The position numbers and the translations under genes were made by a program. Shown in pieces: positions 61,324 through 64,000 of a stretch of 64,000 bases of DNA. The DNA lies in assembly GCA_964035545.1 (NCBI GenBank), contig OZ037769.1:11996633-12060632 (forward strand), given 5' to 3'. Numbering within the stretch: the stretch's first letter is position 1; the number at the start of each line of letters is the position of its first letter. This stretch comes from Bugula neritina. Taxonomy: Eukaryota > Animalia > Bryozoa. A model generated the notes under the pieces. The model was not told the origin of the DNA. It ran no database searches and saw only the letters and a program-made list of their open reading frames with translations.

Positions 61324-64000
61324 TACGTCTCCACAGTTAGTTTGAGGTCATGCTTTTCAGTTTCTGGCTCTTTGCCAGGTGCTTTATGTTCTATATGAAC
61401 AATGTTCCACTGATAGCTCGAACAGGTTGAATGTCACAAGAACAGAAAAAATATGAAAAGATAAAGAAACTTATGTTCTCCAATATACTTTTCTATTTTT
61501 TTCAAAAGCCAATTCATGTTTAAGTTATAGCTTGTTGAAAAACATAGTCCCCCTTCCACATTCTTTTTAATTTATACGCTCCTGACTTGTTATTGTGTCT
61601 CAATATGCCTTGTATTTGAGTGCCCGTTAGTCTCGCTTCACTAACTTTGCCTATACTTCACAAGTGCCAGTGCTGCTGGCTCAAAAGTTAAATGTTATAA
61701 ACTGTCAGCTAAAACCCAATCCTGTATTCCTAGGTTGGTTGGCCTAAATAAAACAATAGTCAAATCATGATTTCATGTTTTAAAAATTTCTCTATTCTAA
61801 CCTACTGCCTAGCTAGCTCTATTTTTGATGTATAATTACAGAATTTGTGATACATTCTTTTGGCAACCATCCGAGTTATAAAATGCAGAAATGGTACTTA
61901 TAATATTATATTATTATCATTATAATATATTATATAGTATTATGTGTGTTTTTATTATACTGCATAATATATATTTTATTATTGTTGTAGTGCAAACAAG
62001 TGCAATTAACCTAGTTTTCAAAATGTACCTCTAAATTACCATAATATCAGTTTAGATATTTTCATGCTTTGTTAGGTAAACCTAAAAAAAGAAGCTGTAT
62101 TCCCAAAGTAAAGGGTGTTGAACTATGAACTATATTAGATTAGCCACTCTGCTACCAAGTGCATCAGTATAATAATATATGAATAGCTCTGATGCTTTGT
62201 CTCCGGTGGCTGGCTGCGATATGATAACTTAGCCAACTTCCAAGAGTTTAAAATTGGCGCAATTATTCAAGAGGTTACATACTGCACAGAGCTAGCAGTG
62301 ATAGTAACCTTGCTATTGACAGTACTTATTACAACTGCCAGCATATAAGCTGCATTGTAAAATGCCGTTGGGGTAGGCTAGTAAAACCAAATTCTGCTCT
62401 CTAATATACCTTAGACACAATGCAGCAACATAATTTTTAGTTTCAAATTACATTGCCACTCTTACATGAGCTGTGGGCTTCATAAAAATTCATATGATTA
62501 GAGATTTATGCTATAGGCCCTACCTGTGCTAGTGTATGATGAAAATAACACACCATTGTCAAAGTTAACTTCAAGTATGTTGTTTTCCAAAAACTCAGTA
62601 TTGTCCATTTATCTCTCGCTTACAAATACTTATGTAATAGCATACAGTTTAAGTTTTATTTTGGAGCACATCTGCAAACTTTACAATAAGAGCTTGCTTT
62701 ACCAGTCTATTTCAGACCTGTTTTTGTAGCTAGTAACGCGCAAGCTACTTATTTTTAAACTTTTGGGTCACTTGTTCAAAACCATTAGCTTTGCTAGTAA
62801 CCCGAGGCTATTGCAACAGTTCACTGCTAATCAACATGAATTGACAGCCTAATAATTATAACCCATTTGCGCGGTTCAGAGGTTAGAGGCGTCAGCGAGG
62901 AGTTGGTTGGTCATGGTTCAACCCTGCTTTTTTTGCATTTTTTTTTGCAAATCCTACGCATGTATAATAAATATGGCTATAATTGTAAAGTTTTTTTTAA
63001 CTTTTGTTCAACAGTAAGACAACATACATGCATAATAATTAGATATTGAACACTGGGCTAAACCTTAAATTGATCTTATAGAATACAATGTACTTAAAAT
63101 AATCATATGTGAATTAGAGAAACTGAAAGTACACCTGCTGCACTATAGACAGACCTTTACTGACAAGACTGTAAAGTGAAAAGATTTAGCTGAAATTAAC
63201 TTTGCCAAACAAACAAAGAATTATGTTGTGCTGAGGCATTTTCAATAGATTATAACATAGTGGGATGATTCAGCTCAGTGCTAATGTAAAACAGGGAACA
63301 TTATATTGGCAGAAATCTATTAGATTGCCAATTTGTGCGAGAGGGTACTATATGTTATTGTGATAGCGCGCAGAGCGGCAAACGTGCTATGAATGTTATA
63401 ATTAGTCACAGGAGCGTAGCTAGAACCACCATATGAAGAATTTAGAAAATTGCAGTGAAACTTGCAAAATGGTGTATGTTTTTACCAAATTGTGAAGACC
63501 ATAAACAGAATTTCAAAAAACAAAGAAAGTATATTAGAGAAAACATATCAAGGAATGTCAAGTTTAACTTTTATACTTTATAAAATGAATCCCCTGTGCT
63601 ACAGCAGTGGAACATGGAGGGTGTAAAATTTTACTTATTATGCAACAACTTTCTCAGAAATTTTTTTATTGAAAAATTAAAAAGGTATATGAAGGAGGAA
63701 TGCAAGAGCTATCTTTTCATGTAAAATTTATTAATGTGAGACAAAAACTGTTCGAGCTATCCCCTGGAAACCGTTTATATATAACATAAAGCAGTGCCTG
63801 AATCTGGAAAGTAGTGACCTTAAACTAACTGTGTCTGTAGCTTCTATACATCTGTCAAAAGGGACTGGTCTAGAATAGTGTTTCCGTCAGTTGTGTCACG
63901 GGTACCCCTCCTCTTCTTCTTTCGGTGACTAGGTAGGATGGAGGTAGCTGTGGTCGGAGGGTGAGAGCCTCCTTTTACTGTTTGTCCTGAGCGGGATACT

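Overview
AT-rich, intron-containing eukaryotic (invertebrate-like) DNA; the species cannot be named from sequence alone. The window holds two divergently transcribed, multi-exon paralogues of the GB1/RHD3 large-GTPase family (atlastin/GBP-like). The plus-strand gene (coding 32295-60373, 10 exons, ~617 aa) splices into an uninterrupted ORF with a G domain, a long coiled coil, a C-terminal hydrophobic segment and a KxKxx end. The minus-strand gene (coding 12771 down to 3039) has a 1-nt frameshift and no recognisable 3' exons in the window. Both replace the family's G4 'RD' motif with RN/KN. A putative promoter plus non-coding first exon is present in three copies, two of them inside a ~2.3-kb inverted duplication between the genes. 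Introns and intergenic DNA contain three decayed Gypsy elements, a BEL/Pao element, a solo LTR, a Penelope-like element with inverted arms and minimal hammerheads, an Academ remnant, a tRNA-SINE and microsatellites. The most striking non-coding feature is a small element inserted in (TA)n tracts that carries type I hammerhead ribozymes. One copy (60659-61011) has two identical hammerheads 272 nt apart, the layout of a retrozyme able to release a circularisable RNA; a second, truncated copy is at 50833-50892. All coordinates and alignments were read by eye.
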